Shown one piece after another: positions 56,617 to 64,000 of a DNA stretch of 64,000 bases. This DNA comes from Eledone cirrhosa (Eukaryota): positions 317,068,001 to 317,132,000 of the forward strand of contig OZ024742.1 of the NCBI GenBank assembly GCA_964016885.1. Reading direction: 5' to 3'. Position 1 is the stretch's first letter; each line of letters begins with the position of its first letter. The notes under the pieces are model-generated. The model ran no database searches. It was not told the DNA's origin and worked only from the letters and a program-made list of their open reading frames with translations. A program made the position numbers and the translations under genes.

Positions 56617-58808
56617 AAAAAGTGAAATCGAAAATGCAACTGGAGTCTTATTTTTTTTTTAAATATATATATTTATTGGTTCCTTTAGCGGTTTCGCAGT
56701 TCTTCTGCTTTACAAAAGGTGAGTTGAGATGGAGGGTCTGTGGTTTTTCTCATATCTGGTTGGTCTCTAAATGTTACTTGTTTTATATGGAAAAAGTGGC
56801 TCGAAATGCCAGGTTTTTCGAGAAGTAATTTGATTGGTTTGTCAATAATTATAATGAATTTCGCGCCAGTTCGCGTTACAATAGTTCTTCAAATAAGAGG
56901 GGGGGGGGGGGTTGTCACAGGTTGTTTTTTCATATATGAGTGTTTGAATTTCTTTTTACTTGAAAAAAGGGGCTCACGAAGGCTTTTTTTTGGTTGGTTA
57001 TAAATGAAATTATGGCTGTCACGTGAACAAGTTTTCACTAAATTTACGTGCCCTTATTTGGAAATCCATTCTGTAGCCTTTTTAGAGAATTTTATGATAA
57101 GTGAATGATAATGGTCAGGAGAAAAGGATGGGAGAATTGTTCTGGTTCAGTGAATATGGTTAGTTCGCTGGGGTGTCAGAATTCAGATTGTCTATTGAAT
57201 AAAGAAAGTAAAGATATGTATGTTTATTTGTGTGCTTGTGTGTGTGTGTTGTGTGTGTGTGTGTTTGAATTTCTTTACTTTAAAAAAAGGTGGCTCATGA
57301 AGGCTTTTTTTAAATAAACATGATTTGATTGGTTATAAATGAAATTTGGCTGTCACGTGAACAAGTTTTCATTACATTTTTGCGCCCTTATTTGGAAATA
57401 TATTCTGTAGCCTTTATAGAGAATGTTATGACAAGGGAAAGATAGTGGTCAAGAGAAATGGGATTGGGAGAATTGTTCTGGTTCAGTGAATATGGTTAAT
57501 TCGCTGGGGTGTCAGAGTTCAGATTTTCTATTGAAGTAAAGATATGTATGTTTATTTGTGTGTGTGTGTGTGTGTGTGTGTATTGGAAGATGTTTCTATT
57601 AGTAGAAATGGGGGAGGGAGTTGTGTGAGTGTGTATATGGGTGTTATGTGTGTGTGTGCGAGTATGTTAAGATGGAGAGAATATATATTTTGTGTGTGTG
57701 TATATATGTGTGTAGGAAAGTGGTTCTATTAGTAGAAATGGGGGAGGGAGTTGTGGGAGTGGGTGTTGTTATGTGTGTATATGGGTGTTATGTGTGTGGG
57801 AGTATGTAACCATACTCCCACACACATAACACCCATATACACATGTTAAGATGAAGAGAATATATATATATATTGTGTGTGTGTGTGTAGGAAAATGATT
57901 CCTTTAGTAGGAATATTTTTGAATGAACATATTTTCCTTACTTATTCGTATTTGTTCTGTTGTATTGTCAGTGCAAACGTATGTTAAGGTTTATTTAGTT
58001 CGGGTTTTTATTTTCTAAAGTAGAAGGTGTTATGTGTGTGTATGTCATATTATGGTGTTGACATAATGTATATTAAAATAGTATGTTAAAATAGTAGTAA
58101 TGGAACTTTAATTTAGGGGTAGAAGGAGGCAGATTTTAGTTTTGAGTGGAAGGAGTATGAAGAATGAAAAGGTTATTTTAGGGGTGAAAATAGGTCAGGT
58201 CGGTAAAAGTTACACGAAAAATTGCTGTTATAAAAGAATAATGCCAATGTAAATATCTAAGGAGACTAAAATTTTACGATAAAAGTGTTAGTGAAAAAAA
58301 TATATATCGAATTTACATCTATGAAAAGAAAATAAATTAATTAAATTGATAGGTATATTTATATTGATAAAATTATATTAATGCATATAGATATTATAAA
58401 TAAGAGTTAGATGTAATTTAAGAGTGCTGTTAAAGACGAGGGGAAATAAAAAAAAAAATATATATATATATAATTATTGGTGGGGGGGTTAAATTTATTA
58501 GTGAGAAATAACAAATATATAGAGATTACAAGGAACATAGAATCATAACCTGAAATTAAAACAGTATATATGATACTTAATGGTATCCATTTTAGGAAAA
58601 GATAGTTGTAAAACGGAAAATAAAATGATGTAGTTCATTAGCAGTAGAATATTAATTATAGGTTAACTAAATTTAAAAAAATGTTATTATAATAATTTCT
58701 AAAGTGTATATTAATTAGGTTTATAATATTTAAAGGTTTTTCTCAGATCATGATTACACGATATTATTAATTCCTGTCGCTTATTTAATAGGATATCCTT
58801 AGATTTCA
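56612..58808 (-). mobile_element. Hydra-like PLE 3' portion with ~2 kb UTR
   Basis: The minus strand at ~58735-58806 encodes KDILLNKRQELIISCNH (PLE EN C-terminus). pLTR at 56612-56868, internal ~320-bp duplication, hairpin at 57774-57843. Confidence 0.65.
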
Positions 58809-58809
58809 T

Positions 58810-61414
<2,605 letters not shown>

Positions 61415-61429
61415 TGTATATATATATAT

Positions 61430-63513
<2,084 letters not shown>

Positions 63514-64000
63514 TATCTGATCCACCGAAACTCGGCCATTTCGGACCATACCAAAATTAACATACTGATTGCGGATTTGGTACGGGTGATGAGAAACGTG
63601 TCCCGCATGTGCACCCCCGAAGAACTAGAGAGACACATACAACACTTCATCCACCGTATGCAGTTGTCTGGCCACAATCAGAGAGATAAAATCAGAGTGT
63701 ATAGAGGAGCCAGAACCAAATGGGAAAAAATGGTAACTAATGACATAAATGGGACCTGCCCCTTGTATAGGAGCAAATTCTGGAATAGAATAGAAAGAAC
63801 TAGGAACAAGGCTAATAGAATAAACTCATGGTATGATAGCAATAAATACCAGAGTGTAATGTTCATCGATACAACCCCTAGAGGTGAATTAGCTTATAAA
63901 TTTAGAAGGCCCCTAAATAAACATAAACTCAATATTAAGATAGTAGAAAGACCAGGTACCTCCGTAAAAACACTTATTAGCAAGACATACCCTTTTCAAA
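63514..64000 (+). pseudogene. Nematis-like PLE ORF fragment running off the window end (absent from the ORF track)
   Basis: The open frame from 63511 reads [10 protein letters not shown]...RMQLSG...PLYRSKFW...[16 protein letters not shown]...[19 protein letters not shown], homologous to 11412-12716. Confidence 0.9.

Overview
This is AT-rich animal genomic DNA, most likely an octopod cephalopod (inferred from the SINE types and (TA)n density). I cannot support any host protein-coding gene. Almost all ORFs in the track are translated (TA)n/(TG)n microsatellite. The window is a transposon-saturated region containing a decayed Chapaev3-like DNA transposon, a 5'-truncated CR1-type LINE, RTE LINE pieces, many tRNA-derived SINEs, and Penelope-like elements (PLEs) of at least three kinds (Nematis-, Neptune- and Hydra-like by motif). 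The main hidden structure is about 20 short insertions embedded in (TA)n tracts. Most are head-to-head fold-backs with both 3' ends running into TA. Many carry type I hammerhead ribozyme (HHR) motifs, including U3-A8 core variants. The best candidate for an undescribed system is a non-coding ~0.5 kb tandem HHR unit with an octamer motif (retrozyme-like, 9198-10830). It sits alongside chimeric fold-backs whose two arms come from unrelated RNAs, which points to promiscuous two-ended PLE priming in (TA)n. HHR folds were read by eye, and clade names come from remembered motifs rather than database searches.
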